64,000 bases of DNA. Source: Leucoraja erinacea. Taxonomy: Eukaryota. The stretch lies in the NCBI RefSeq assembly GCF_028641065.1, contig NC_073403.1, positions 13,640,001 to 13,704,000 of the forward strand, given 5' to 3'. This document shows positions 49,735 to 61,029 of this stretch, one piece after another (the stretch's first letter is position 1; every line of letters starts with the position of its first letter). Both the position numbers and the translations under genes were made by a program. The notes beneath the pieces are model-generated. The model did not search any database, was not told the origin of the DNA, and saw only the letters and a program-made list of their open reading frames with translations.

Positions 49735-51170
49735 GTAAGAACAAACTAAGGGACAGTTTTTCAGGGTTTGCCTGACGAGGCCCAATTGATGCTTGTTGCC
49801 AAAGCTGTACACAAACAACAGGTGTTGCGGGTTAGTGCAATGCATTACCGTGAGGGATAGATTTTGTTTGTAACCATCTCCCATCTGTGTGCTCCAAGTT
49901 TAAAATGCACAGTAATCTGAATTAATGTATAGCAAAGCTGATTTTAATTGTTCTAGATAGGAAGTTTTCAGTGTATTTTTTCCATTATTTGTCTTGGGAC
50001 TTTATCTATCTGGGGAAATTACATGGCAGCTTGGGTTGGTACGGGTGCGTCGTCAGGTTGTAATGCTACAATCATCGTGAGTGTGGGACAGCCCTTTACT
50101 TAAAAATGAACAGCCCCTTCTGTTCAATGTGCAGTTGTTGATTTATGAAATGGCTTGCTTGAGAAGGCTGGACAGAAGACACACATTTGAGTAGTGTATT
50201 TGATACCTTTGGGACATTGTGTGTACTTTGCATTTCAAAAATAATTTGTTGGTAATGATCATTGTCAAAATGTAAACATTCCTCAGGTGGGATTACAGTG
50301 TTTTGAAGTGGAGATTAGGTGCTCATTTAGGTCGGGTGTGGGTATCATTACTGACATCTGACCATATTATTTCACGTGGGAGAAAAGATCTTACATTTCA
50401 TTTGATATTCATGTTGGGCTCAGTGACCATATACTGGAGCTCAAAATTGAAATCTATGTTATATCCCAGATGTGGAGCCTTCTTTCTCTGCCACAGCTTA
50501 TTGTAGGGCTGACTGCACTCTATCAATAAGGATTTGAGCTCAGTTATGTTTTCTGCATATTTCTCTGGGATTTGTTGAAAATAATTATAGCCCGATAGCT
50601 TGGTCCTCATCCAGCACTTGAAGCTGCTGCTGATAATAACGAAAACTCTATGCATCATGATCCAGATCACATCTGTTCCCATCTTCATGCCAATCATACT
50701 TGACCTCATATTCTTGTCCCAATTACTCACCAATCACATCCGATACTGAACAAAATTGCCAATATGCCTGCAACTGGGTATAATCCTGAGCCCATCAAAC
50801 TGGATACTCTATCCATAGTATGATCGCACAAAATATAGTTACTAACTGCTGTGCACTCCGAAAACTGCATGCCAGACCTCACCTAATGTCTTTCATATCT
50901 TTGCACTTCCATGCAGAATAGACTCAAACTCAGAACTTTGGAGCAGTTAGCTTCTCTTCTTCTCCAAGGCTTCAGATTGGAAAGTGATTTGGCGTCCTGT
51001 GAGTGAAAGATTGACCAGATTATTTAGGGGGTGGTATTTTCAGATGACATTGTTTTAAGTGGTGTAAATGTACTGGTTTATGGAAACAATACTGTTTCAA
51101 ATGCCACTTTGGTTGAGTGAAATTTCATCAGTTTTGTTAAAACACCATTATGATGTCTTGTTAATACCAG

Positions 51171-51348
51171 GGGAATGATGAGTGATGGAGCACGCCACTC
51201 TTTCCAGAAGAAAGGGGTGGTGATGGTGAATGGCCTGGATAAGGACGGTAAGGATGTTCTGTTGGAACGTGCTCTGGAGCTGGCAATTGACTCTGGAGCT
51301 GAAGATGTTAAACAAATTGAAGATGAAGAAGATCAAGTCATGCTGAAG
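51171..51348 (+). CDS. TACO1: TACO1 coding exon 4
   Basis: [19 protein letters not shown]...[16 protein letters not shown]...QVMLK. Confidence 0.95.
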
Positions 51349-51841
51349 GTGAGAACACATTGGCACTCCTCACAAAAGGACTTCAAGGTCTAATGTGGGC
51401 ACAGTATGTCTAATCTCAATCAGCAGCACAGTAGGAAGGAAATGACATGCCATCCTTGATGTGTTTAATCAGAACAAAGTTACACAAAGAGCAAAGCTTC
51501 CCATCAATTATTTGCTAGGCGCAGCAGGGGTTAATGCTCCTTCCACACTGTTACATCAATATTCCCAGGGCCGGGCCAGCTCAGTTTGGATAGACTGTAA
51601 TACTTTCTGCACAGTATGTCATTTTATTTCCAGTGCAGATACAGCACAGATTAAATAAAATATAATGGATGCTGTGTTTTGACCAGAAATGTTGACCATC
51701 TCTATGTCACTACAAATGCTTCTTGACTTGCTTGCTCCAGATGAAATATGAAACATCCTCTGTACTAACCTGATGCTTGTTCTCACCTGTATCCAGTGAA
51801 GAGCAAAAATAAATGTGCACAAGCCGTCTTGTTGCATTTAG

Positions 51842-52592
51842 AAACATAGAAACATAGAAATTAGGTGCAGGAGTAGGCCATTCGGCCCTTCGAGCCTGCA
51901 CCGCCATTCAATATGATCATGGCTGATCATCCAACTCAGTATCCCGTACCTGCCTTCTCTCCATACCCCCTGATCCCCTAGCCACAAGGGCCACATCTAA
52001 CTCCCTATTAAATATAGCCAATGAAGTGGCCTCAACTACCCTCTGTGGCAGAGAGTTCCAGAGATTCACCACTCTCTGCGTGAAAAAAGTTCTTCTCATC
52101 TCGGTTTTAAAGGATTTCCCCCTTATCCTTAAGCTGTGACCCCTTGTCCTGGACTTCCCTAACATCGGGAACAATCTTCCTGCATCTAGCCTGTCCAACC
52201 CCTTAAGAATTTGTAAGTTTCTATAAGATCCCCTCTCAATCTTCTAAATTCTAGAGAGTATAAACCAAGTCTATCCAGTCTTTCTTCATAAGACAGTCCT
52301 GACATCCCAGGAATCAGTCTGGTGAACCGTCTCTGCACTCCCTCTATGGCAATAATGTCCTTCCTCAGATTTGGAGACCAAAACTGTACGCAATACTCCA
52401 GGTGTGGTCTCACCAAGACCCTGTACAACTGCAGTAGAACCTCTCTGCTCCTATACTCAAATCCTTTTGCAATGAAAGCTAACATACCATTCGCTTTCTT
52501 TACTGCCTGCTGCACCTGCATGCCTACCTTCAATGACTGGTGTACCATGACACCCAGGTCTCGCTGCATCTCCCCCTTTCCCAATCGGCCAC
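51842..52592 (-). mobile_element. Young CR1 LINE 3' portion in the last TACO1 intron
   Basis: QRDLGVMVHQSLKVGMQVQQAVKKANGMLAFI...LVRPHLEYCVQFWSP...; (tttctatg)n tail. Confidence 0.95.
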
Positions 52593-53628
52593 CATTTGTA
52601 TCACCGGGATTCTTTGTGTTCCTTATGAAACAGAGTTTAATGCCACCCGAGCCCGAATTGGCAACAATTTTGTAATTCCAAGTTCAAAATGGTATCAGCA
52701 TTAATTTCATGAAATACAAGTCAGGTTTATCGTCATCAGAGTGTGTCAAACTGCTGTGCAATCAACCAATTATTTCAGTACTGTGACTTTTTGAAGCAGA
52801 AAATAGCAGCCAATTTATACATTCCGATCTAGAGCGTCAACAGACATGCTGTCTTTGCTTCAAGGGCAGTGTTTACTGCTCATCGCTGGCTGCCTGTGAG
52901 AAGATGGTAATGAACCATCTTTGTGAGCCATGGTGACTTGCCCTAGGATGCTGATGGTGGGCAATGCTTTTTTAATAAACTGGATTTAAATTCCCCAGCA
53001 CCTCTGGTGGGATTTGAATATATCTCTGGATTAGTGTTCTTGACTTAGAAAATAGATGCAGGAATAGGCCATTTGGCCCTTCGAGCCAGCACTGTTAATC
53101 AACATGATCATGGCTGTTCATGACTTGTTCAAGAACAATCAAAGTTTCAAAATGTCCATGATTATCTGGATTGATAGATGTATTTTGGCCTAGACACTGA
53201 AAGTTACCCTCTGTCTTTAGATACCGTTATTGACACCAACAAGGACAGGGTCACAGGACCTTTAAACAGTGTTTAATAATTATCTGAAAATCAGTCCTGG
53301 CTCAGAAGAGTTTTATCTATTTTTGAAAGCAATTGCAGGGACCCAAGTTCAATGTGAACTGCCTTTGAGCACTACATTTGTCACTGCAGCTGTCAGATAA
53401 ACCCTTCAGCACCAAGTGAAAATACGACAATGTGAGAAATATGGTCAAGTGTGGAATGGCTAATTTACCGATACCGCCACATTTTATAAGGTGCAGAGTT
53501 GTATTTGCACAAGACAAAACTAGGGAATACGGGGAAGAATGTTTTTTTTATTTTTTTTTTATTTTTGTGTTAAATAAAATCTGTCAAGCACTCATGCCAT
53601 ACATAATGTTTTCTAAATTATTTTTCAG

Positions 53629-53838
53629 TTTGTTTGTGACTTGTCCTCATTGCGGGAGGTACGAGAGAGGTTGGATTCTTTGGGACTGCTGACCACTGAT
53701 TCCGGACCTGAATTTATCGCCACCACAACGGTTCCACTAACGGATAGAGATTTGCAAACAGCATTTTGTTTGATTGAACAAATCGATGAGAATCAGGACG
53801 TTATTAAAGTCTATGATAATATAGACTTGCAAAGTTAA
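53629..53838 (+). CDS. TACO1: TACO1 last coding exon
   Basis: FVCDLSSLREVRERLDSLGL...DVIKVYDNIDLQS*; joined CDS is 933 nt = 310 aa. Confidence 0.95.
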   Translation, partial: FVCDLSSLREVRERLDSLGLLTTDSGPEFIATTTVPLTDRDLQTAFCLIEQIDENQDVIKVYDNIDLQS

Positions 53839-54482
53839 CTGCAAGAAGGAGAGGGTTTTTTGTGCATCACGAACAATTACCATGAATATCAAACACAGTC
53901 GGATACACTGTATGTGGATCATTTCAAGGTTTTCGAAGTACTGCCAACAATTTTGCCTCAAAACGTAAATATGCTGCGTGGTAAACTTACAGTTATGACT
54001 AATTGTAGAAACTAAACATTTTATCCATCGGTTTTCATCCTTTTCTGAAGGCTGCTGGGGTACAGTTCTACCAGCACCATGTGCTCTGCAGCCCCTCAAC
54101 CAATTCACTATTCTCTGTACATTGAATGAAGTGCCATGGACCAGCCTATACAGTACTCATAATTAGGCATAGTTTCTTGTATGTTCATCAGCTAAACATA
54201 AGATAGGGCCCGATTCTCCCTGAGGTGGATTGGTCATCTACAGTCCTTGTCTGGCTTGAGAAGATGCCATGCCCAAATGGCTGAGTCTTCAGAAGAAGGA
54301 GAAAATATGCCATTATTTTAACAATCGCTGAAATATTTAATCGGATTTCAATAGCTTTTGTGGGATTTTTTGCGTAAAATTAACAGTTTTTGCGTAACAT
54401 AAACAATGTAATGCATGTCAATCCTAGGATTACATTAGGTAAGCCCCGGTGAATGTGGTGCAAATCATTCTGAAATTCCCCG

Positions 54483-54488
54483 AATAAA
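54483..54488 (+). terminator. TACO1: Candidate TACO1 polyadenylation signal
   Basis: AATAAA ~650 nt after the stop, with downstream gtttgtttttattg. Confidence 0.45.
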
Positions 54489-55169
54489 TAGCAGGACATA
54501 ACAGTAACAAAATACTGCCAGCGTTTGTTTTTATTGACAAGATATTACTTAGTAGGTAGCACTTTATTCTTACCTTCCGCAGTGCCACCCACTTCATCTC
54601 ATCTCCCTGCCAAAATAAGGCATTATTGCCTGCTAACTCTCAAGTTCATAATGATGTACTGCTCCTGCCAGCAGTTCTGCCAATGAAACAGTTCCCAGAG
54701 ATATCTGAAGGTTAGTAAGAGGAGAAAAATTGTGTTGGGGCAATTGAATTCCTCCTGACTCTTGCCTTCTGAACAAACCATTTGAGGATGATACCTCTTG
54801 ATATTCCCCTTGGGGCTTCCTGCCAATGCATCCATGGTCAAAGTGGCTTCAGAGTTCTGTAAACTGTGAAGTCGCTCTTTGGTTCCTCAGTGTTCTCTGT
54901 GAGTTAGCAGCTTGGTGTTCAACTTCCATCTCCCCCTGCCTGCCTTCTGGTCTTGCAGGGGGCAGGAAGCACAAATGCTTTGTTGCAGGAGACAGATGAT
55001 CATGGATCTGGAAAAAGCTGGAACTTCTAGCCTACTCTTAATATATATGAGGGTCAAACAGAGGGCAGGTAGTTGAGATGTGAAGCTGATTTGTTCTCAT
55101 TCTTGTCAATGAATCTGATCATGTCGATAGAGTGTCCATCTATCAGCTTGATAAGAATGTAGGTAGGAT

Positions 55170-55270
55170 GTGTAGGAAAGAACTGCAGATGCTAGTTTAA
55201 ATCGAAGGTAGACACAAAATGCTGGAGTAACTCATTGGGACAGGCAGCATCTCTTGAGAAAAGGAACGGG
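55170..55270 (-). mobile_element. Penelope terminal-repeat fragment
   Basis: gtgtaggaaagaactgcagatgc...acacaaaatgctggagtaactca...gcagcatctc. Confidence 0.8.
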
Positions 55271-55701
55271 TAAGAATGATAAGAATCATCCTCTTGTTAA
55301 GAATGATTGGCGATCTCTGGCCCGTTAATCAGACATTTGCCACCAACTGCCTGACTGGACGACCACAATATGTCAGGCTACAGAACTGTGTCTCGGACAT
55401 GGTAGTGAGCAGCACAGGGGGCCTCACAAGGGACGGTCCTCTCTCCTTTCCTGTTCACCATCTACACCTAGGCCCTCAGATATAACTCGGACTCATGCCA
55501 CCACCAGAAGTTTTCATCTGACTTGGCAATTGTGGGCTGCATCAGTGAGGGGAGGGAAGCTGAATGCAGAGGTGTAGTCAACGACTGTTGAGTGGTGTGG
55601 GCTGAATCATCTGCAGCACCGACAAGACTAAGGAGTTAATAGTGAATTTTAGGAGGAGAGGAACGCCCATGTCTGCATCCATGGTGTGGGTGTGCAGTTT
55701 A

Positions 55702-57319
55702 TGGGCCTGTCCCACTTCGGCGATTTTTTAGGCGACTAGGGTGTAGCCTGTATGTAGCAATGTTACAAAATTTTGAGATTTAAAAAATCAAGTCTGCAAT
55801 TTATCCCATCAGATAAAGCATAACAATAAGTTTAATTTGACACCTAATTCACTTTCATATCAAAGTAATAAAAAAGTTATGGCCATTTTCATACTCGGAA
55901 ATTAGCATCTTGTTCCCTATTGATTTTCTATGGACATAACAAAAAGCTGTGATCGTGGACAGTCAAAAGCCCATAACCTTCTTAAAAATTAAGAGAACTG
56001 AATGAAATTTTCAGTTATCATAGATTGAAGCATTCTGAAACAAATATAAAATAATCTTACTTGGATGACCTGAAATTAAAGCATATAATTAGTTAGTTAC
56101 CCAATTGTAGCAAATTTCAAACTTCAATTACTATATCTAAACATCTATCCATTTCTTAATAAATGATTAACATTTTTAAATAGCCCAAGTGTCCAAATAA
56201 TATTCACAAATAATTCACAATAAAACATGATTTTTAAATCTCATTTACATCAATTTATAGGCCAAATGGAAGGAATTTAGTGTTCATTTGCTGTAAATTA
56301 AAGTCAATTTAAATCGGCTTTCTAGTGGGTTCCTGTGAACGCGCTGGTTTAGAACGTTCACATTGCGTTGGATTTGTGCCCTCAAGTGCCCAGAAAAATA
56401 CTGCGGGATATAAAGAGCCCAAAATGAACTACTCGCTATAGAAAACTTTATATACAGGGTTATATACAAGCCCCATTTAATGTAAAAATAAGGTACATAC
56501 CTTTAATTGTTTGCTTTATAAAACCCTGGGGCTGCGAGAGGTTGCGGAGTAAGAGAGTGATTTTTAAACTACTATAAATATTATACAAGGCCATAAAAAC
56601 TAATAATAGCTTTTGCTACGGGGTCTTTCAGCGATTTTCCGTTAATGATTTACTAGGCTGAACATTTTCGATTGGAACAGCCTAGTAAAAATCGCGTTTT
56701 AAACCCGCCCCCTCTAAACAGCGCCAAAATCGCGCACACGGGGTAGGGCAGATACTCAGCCACGATTCAGGTAGGTTTTGTAACATACCTACTGTATGGT
56801 CGTGAGTAGTCTCCTCAGTCGCCCAAAGAGTCGTAGTGTCTGGTCGCGGCTGGATTTTCAACATGTTGAAAGATTTTCTGAGACAGTCGGTGACAGTGGA
56901 TTTGACGCCAATGGGCATAGCTTGACTTCTCCTCTTTGATGCTGTTGTAGGTTTTCACCAGGATGAGTTAGGTTGTCGCCGGTGCCGACTTCGGTGAATT
57001 CCATTGGTGGCCACATATGTCAACCGGCGACAGCTTTCGATGACTGAATTATTTCAAGATGTCTTCATTTTTCGCCGAAAGGGTCATAGCTTGTCATACC
57101 TTGTCGTGTGTGGACGTGGGTTGTCGTAGGTGGACATCCTAATGGGTCACCGGTTGTCAGTATCTTACCGTAGCTTGATGTCGACTAGGTGATAGGTTGT
57201 TGTAGCTTGTCGTAGACATTGTCGTAGGGGTGTCCAGTCGCCGGTTTTTCGGCAACCTGCTACGACTATGATAGTCGCCGGCAGTCGTAAAAAATATACG
57301 CCCAAGTGGGACAGGCCCT
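55702..57319. mobile_element. PIF/Harbinger-type non-autonomous element
   Basis: TIR GGGCCTGTCCCACTT / AAGTGGGACAGGCCC; 3-bp TSD TTA at 55699-55701 and 57320-57322. Confidence 0.88.
55755..56791. mobile_element. AT-rich non-autonomous DNA transposon with TAG...CTA ends and 7-bp TSD
   Basis: TAGCAATGTTACAAAA / TTTTGTAACATACCTA; CTGTATG duplicated at 55748-55754 and 56792-56798. Confidence 0.85.
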
Positions 57320-57942
57320 TTACCAGGGAATACAAATACCTTGGAGTGTACCTGGACAGTAAACGACTGGTCAAAACTGAAGCCATGTAGTAGAAGAAAC
57401 AGAGCCGACTACTTTTTGAGAAGGCTCCACTCCTTCAACGTCTGCAGTAAAATGCTGCAGAAGTTCTACCAATCGGTGGTAGCCAGTGCCATCTTCATTG
57501 CTGCCATGTGCTGGGGCAGTAGGACGAAGGCCGTGGACGCCAATAGATTTAACAAGCTTATCAGGAAGGTTGGATCTGTCCTGCGGGCGGAGTTGGTCGT
57601 AGGAGGTGGTCTTGGAGGAGAGGATGCTCCTCAAACCAAAGATACTCATCTAGGATCTTTGCCTCAAACTGCGGGGCATCCTGGACAATACAGCTCACCC
57701 CCTCCATGACCCACTGGTCAACCTGAAGAGTACCTTCAGCAACAGACTGATTCCACCAAGATGCAGGACAGAACGCCACAAGGAGATCCTTTTCCCCTGT
57801 GCCCCCACCCCCAATCATCTCATCTTTGCACATCCCCAATCCTTTCCACTCGTCACTTTAATTTCATGTTTCATGTATTTTGTGTTTTTATTAGTTGATC
57901 CTCAAATCAGATTGTAAGCACACGCAAGGTGCCAACAGTGAG

Positions 57943-58295
57943 CCCGCCCACCGAATGCTTGCACCTGATTGGTCTGATCCATCGTCCATCATAGGCATCA
58001 ATGGCCCGCCCATCAAATGCCTCTATCTAATTGGCCCGTTTCGCCGTCCATCATGGCAATTATAAACCCGCCCACTGGATGCCTGTACCTGATTGGTCTG
58101 TGCTGCCGTCCATCACATGATCTATTGGCCCGCCCACCTATGTCCGGCTGCGGCCACTCAGTCAGCGACGGGTTTCCGTTGTGAGTTTAAGCGGTTTATT
58201 GTTGTGAGGGGCGGCGTTGACGGGCCGCGCCGGGCAGGGCAGGTGGGCCGGAGCCGAGCCGAGCCGAGGCGGACAGCGGGCCTCCCCATCCCAAG
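57943..58295 (+). promoter_or_regulatory. DCAF7: DCAF7 promoter and 5' UTR with a 62-bp GC-box/CCAAT repeat
   Basis: CCCGCCCA at 57943, 58005, 58067, 58129; ATTGG at 57968, 58030, 58092, 58124; CpG island continues through the exon. Confidence 0.8.
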
Positions 58296-58592
58296 ATGAG
58301 CATGCACGGCAAGAGGAAGGAGATCTACAAGTACGAGGCGCCATGGACGGTGTACGCCATGAACTGGAGCGTGCGGCCCGACAAGCGCTTCCGCCTGGCG
58401 CTCGGCTCCTTCGTGGAGGAGTACAACAACAAGGTGCAGATCGTGGGGCTGGACGAGGAGAGCTCCGAGTTCATCTCCCGCAACACCTTCGACCACCCCT
58501 ACCCCACCACCAAGATCATGTGGATCCCCGACACCAAGGGCGTCTACCCCGACCTGCTCGCCACCTCCGGCGACTACCTGCGCATCTGGAGG
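58296..58592 (+). CDS. DCAF7: DCAF7/WDR68 first coding exon (99 codons; gene continues beyond the window)
   Basis: MSMHGKRKEIYKYEAPWTVYAMNWSVRPDKRFRLALGSFVEEYNNKVQIVGLDEESSEFISRNTFDHPYPTTKIMWIPDTKGVYPDLLATSGDYLRIWR; donor AGG|GTGAGG. Confidence 0.97.
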
Positions 58593-61029
58593 GTGAGGAC
58601 AGGCCGAGGCCTAGCGGAGGGGGAGGTGGCGGCGAGACCGAGACCCCGAATGTTGGGGTGGGGAAGGAAAGGGGGCAGGGTTGGTGGGGGTGGGTGGGGG
58701 GGGAAGGGAAGGAAAGAAGATCGAGGAGGGGAGGAATGGAGGCGATGGGGGGGGGGGGGGGGGGATACGGGGGTCCATGGGGGGAGAGGAATGCAGGCGG
58801 GGTGGGGTGGGTGAGTAAGGAACGGGGGCAATGCCCGTGGGAATGAGGGAGGGGATGAGGTCCCTTAGGAAGGGGGGGGGGCAGAAAAGGGGGATGAGGG
58901 CATGTGGGATATGGGGGAGAAGGAGCCATGGGAGCAATATTGTCACTAAGTAGGGTCAAAGTATGGATTGCTGCAGCAAACCCTTACTCCGTCTTGATAA
59001 TGCGCCTTCATTCGATCTCTCCATTTGTCATCCATTCCATGCCAGTACATTAGCCCCAGTATAAAAACTAACCTCTTACATGGGATCTTGTCAAAAGCTG
59101 ACTGAAAATATAAATTCATTGCACTCTGTGCATCTCCCTTATTATTCTGCTATTTGCATCAATAGATCTCTTAAGCATGATTTTAATTTCATAAACCCAC
59201 AATAACATCGTCCAATTTCAATATTCCTTTCCAAATGTCCTGCTATCACTTTTTTTTAAACTGTAGATTCTGGCTCTTGTTCCCATTACTTGCATTATGC
59301 TTATTGGTCTGTCATTTCCCATTTAATCTAGATTTGTAATTTCCAATCTACATTTGCCCCCTTAGATGATTTTGAATGATGGCAGGGGAGCAGAGTTATG
59401 ATGAAACAAAAACATGGGTATATGATATTATCAGGTGAATAATTCCAAAGTGAGCCAGGCCGAGTTCAATCGATTGGATGGATGAAGAGAATGTGAGACA
59501 GGAATGACCACTCATTTAAGGAAAACTTGGGTAGTGAGAATTAAGGCTGGGCCTAATAAGATGAAACATAGACCATAGGTGCAGGAATAAGCTATTCGGC
59601 CCTTCGAGCCAGGACCGCCATCATGGCTGATCATCTAAAATCAGTACCGTTCCCCATATTGCTTGATCCCTTTAGCCCTAGGACCTAAATCTATGGAATC
59701 CTTCCATAGAAACTGAAGATAATACTGGAATATGCAATACATATTTTGTATCAATCTTTACCAAGGGAAAATAATATTACTAATATCTCATTTTGACCAA
59801 AGTTACATGTGTTAATTGTTGAGCTGCTAAATGATGGGCCGCATGCTGGTTGTGCTTAAATAAATGAATCACTTGATCCAAAAGGCAAAAAGCATCCTAA
59901 ATTGCAGGGGGAAGGCGGCTGGAGGTCTCAGAATGGCAAGTGCGAAGTCACGGTTTGAAAAGGTGTCTGAGGACATGCCAGGCAACTTCGAGCTGTTCAA
60001 TTTAACATTGATGATGGGGACGATTTTGTGAACATAGTGGAAAAAAGTTTAATAGGTACTTGGAGAAGCGTGAGGAGACCCATCAGGGATTTGTTAACGG
60101 CCAATAAAATTTGACTAACCTGATCTAAAAATTATTTTGCAAGTGACAACAGAGGAATTTGTATGTCGAGTTTTAGAAGGCATCTCATGCGGTGCCACTC
60201 AAAATGTTGATCAATAAAATTGAGGTCTTTGGCATAAGGCAACATGGAAAATTAATGACTGTGTTTGTTTCTGAGTAGAGAGTTTTATACAATTTAGTTG
60301 GATAGTTTCTGAATTTGCAGACAACAATAAGAAGCATTGAGGAGGTCCATGGAAAACTAAAAAGTCATGTTAGCAGATCGGTCGGGTGGGGGAGGGGAAG
60401 GGGGGGAGGAAGATGAAAATTTCCCCCCATCTCACACGCACAATTGGTCTGAAGAAGGGTTCCAAACTCAAACTTCACCAATCCATGTTTTCCAGAGATG
60501 TTACCTGACCCGCTGAGTTACTCATGCCTTTTCTGTAAACGGTACTCTTCTGTAATCCAGCATCTGCAGTTTCTTGTTAATACAAATGGCAGGTAAAGTT
60601 TGTTAGAGAGGTGTAAAGTGGTACATTCGGCATGAAATAAAGGAATCTTATAAGCTGAATGATACAGGCTACTTGGGAATTTACAATTAGATGGGCATAA
60701 ACATTTGACCGTGGCTAGTTGAGAGAAATTAGTAAAGCCTATGGGACCAGGGCTTTTCAAATAGGGATATAGTGTATTAGTAGAGTGGTTTAGATGAAAT
60801 AGACGGCCAACTCTGGAGGACAGTGTCCAATTCTGATATCTACATGTCTTGGAGACCTAAAATCTCATGTACCTTGATCATTATAATGTTAAATTCTTGG
60901 AGAGGGAATAGAAAAGTTACAGAAAATGGATTTGGCAATAACTGACTTCATCTACAAGGTTAGACTGAAGGAGCCAAAACAAAGAAGGTGCATGGGGACA
61001 TGATTGCACGATGATCTGTTGCCTCTATG

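Larger units (their letters stand above)
55340..57895 (+). mobile_element. Rex1/Babar-type LINE fragment split by nested insertions
   Basis: LTGRPQYVRLQNCVSDMVVSSTG...GTVLSPFLFTIYT before the insertion; EYKYLGVYLDSK and FLRRLHSFNVCSKMLQKFYQSVVASAIF after 57323. Confidence 0.88.

Noticed and set aside
58158-58959. Alternative-frame and antisense ORFs over DCAF7 exon 1 (e.g. 209 aa)
   Set aside because: Explained by very high GC3 and the G-rich intron start; only the 58296 frame matches a known protein.
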